Source: Narcine bancroftii
Lineage: Eukaryota
DNA: 64,000 nt
Reading direction: 5' to 3'
NCBI RefSeq assembly: GCF_036971445.1
Contig: NW_027211801.1
Coordinates: 1,302,001 to 1,366,000 of the forward strand
The position numbers and the translations under genes are program-made. A model generated the notes under the pieces. It saw nothing but the letters and a program-made list of their open reading frames with translations. It had not been told where the DNA came from and did not search any database. Below, piece after piece: positions 63,220-64,000 of the stretch; positions within the stretch are counted from its first letter, which is position 1; each line of letters begins with the position of its first letter.

Positions 63220-64000
63220 TACACTATTAAACACATATATTTCATATACAGATGCAATACTTGAATTTAAAAAAAGAACAATTATCATGTAAATTATAAC
63301 TTATCTTTTCTAATGGAATACACAATCATAATTCAGATGCCATCTCTGGATATTCAGCTCAATCTCATTTTCCCATCTAATTGCTATACATTTCCAAGGC
63401 ACCGCTAAGGCCAGTTGGATAAATGCAAGCTGGAATTTCTCCAATTTTAAACCCAAAATCAATGTTGTCCTATATCCAAGTAAAAATAACATTGGATCAA
63501 TTTCCAAATTAAACTTCATCAGTCCTTCCAAAAATTCCAACATTCTTCACCTAAAAGGTTTCACCCAATCACAAGGGTCACCTTGATGGCTTGGGGTGAG
63601 TCTTGACCTTGATTGACATGTAATGTGTCCTCCGAATAGGAGCGCCGCAGCACCACCCTGTGGTGGCGACAGGCTCTCCATTACAACCATTTAAATTGAA
63701 CTATTTTTTTAAATTGAGTTTAATCTCCCTCAACCAAAGGCACATTAGGGTTAACCCAATTAATTTTATAGCCTGATATTTCACCATATTTCTTCAATCG
63801 CATATACAACAAAAGCAAATAATTTTCAAGGCCTGTTAAATAAATCAAATAATCGTCAACAAATAAATTAATGTTCAATTAATCAGAATTAACTTTAATT
63901 ACTTTAATATTAATATATTTTATTAATTATGCTAAACCTTCAATTGCTAAACCAGATAAAGCTGGGTACAAAGGACATCCTATCTAGTTGATCTAATTAA

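Noticed and set aside
1-64000. Signal joint (fused heptamers), CRISPR arrays, tRNA or rRNA genes
   Set aside because: None seen on manual reading. The sequence is eukaryotic, and tRNA-like matches are limited to PBS sites and SINE-like remnants (~46400-46600, ~52580-52790).

Overview
Vertebrate genomic DNA, almost certainly from a cartilaginous fish (probably a ray or skate). It is repeat-dense (CR1, L1-clade, RTE, Penelope, Gypsy, ERV, Tc1) and has one 166-N assembly gap at 51310-51475. The core is a duplicated immunoglobulin light-chain cluster of the sigma-cart / type I / NS5 isotype, present in four states. (1) An intact germline-joined leader-VJ-C gene on the minus strand (24977 to 19317, 245 aa, all splice phases consistent). 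(2) A germline-joined VJ pseudogene on the plus strand (7595-8167) with a 12-codon CDR2 insertion. (3) An unjoined relic on the minus strand (36419-35476), invisible in the ORF track, that keeps promoter, leader, a 12-RSS, a 23-RSS and a 38-nt J but has lost nearly all of V. (4) An orphan C pseudo-exon (58411-58723) inside an inverted segmental duplication. The window also holds an intron-containing GSK3A-like pseudogene (46827-51015), a truncated tRNA-Pro-primed ERV, a second ERV with integrase and env remnants, a twin-primed RTE insertion, and an RTE insertion capped by TTAGGG repeats. All calls come from manual reading; family names rest on recalled motifs, not database searches.
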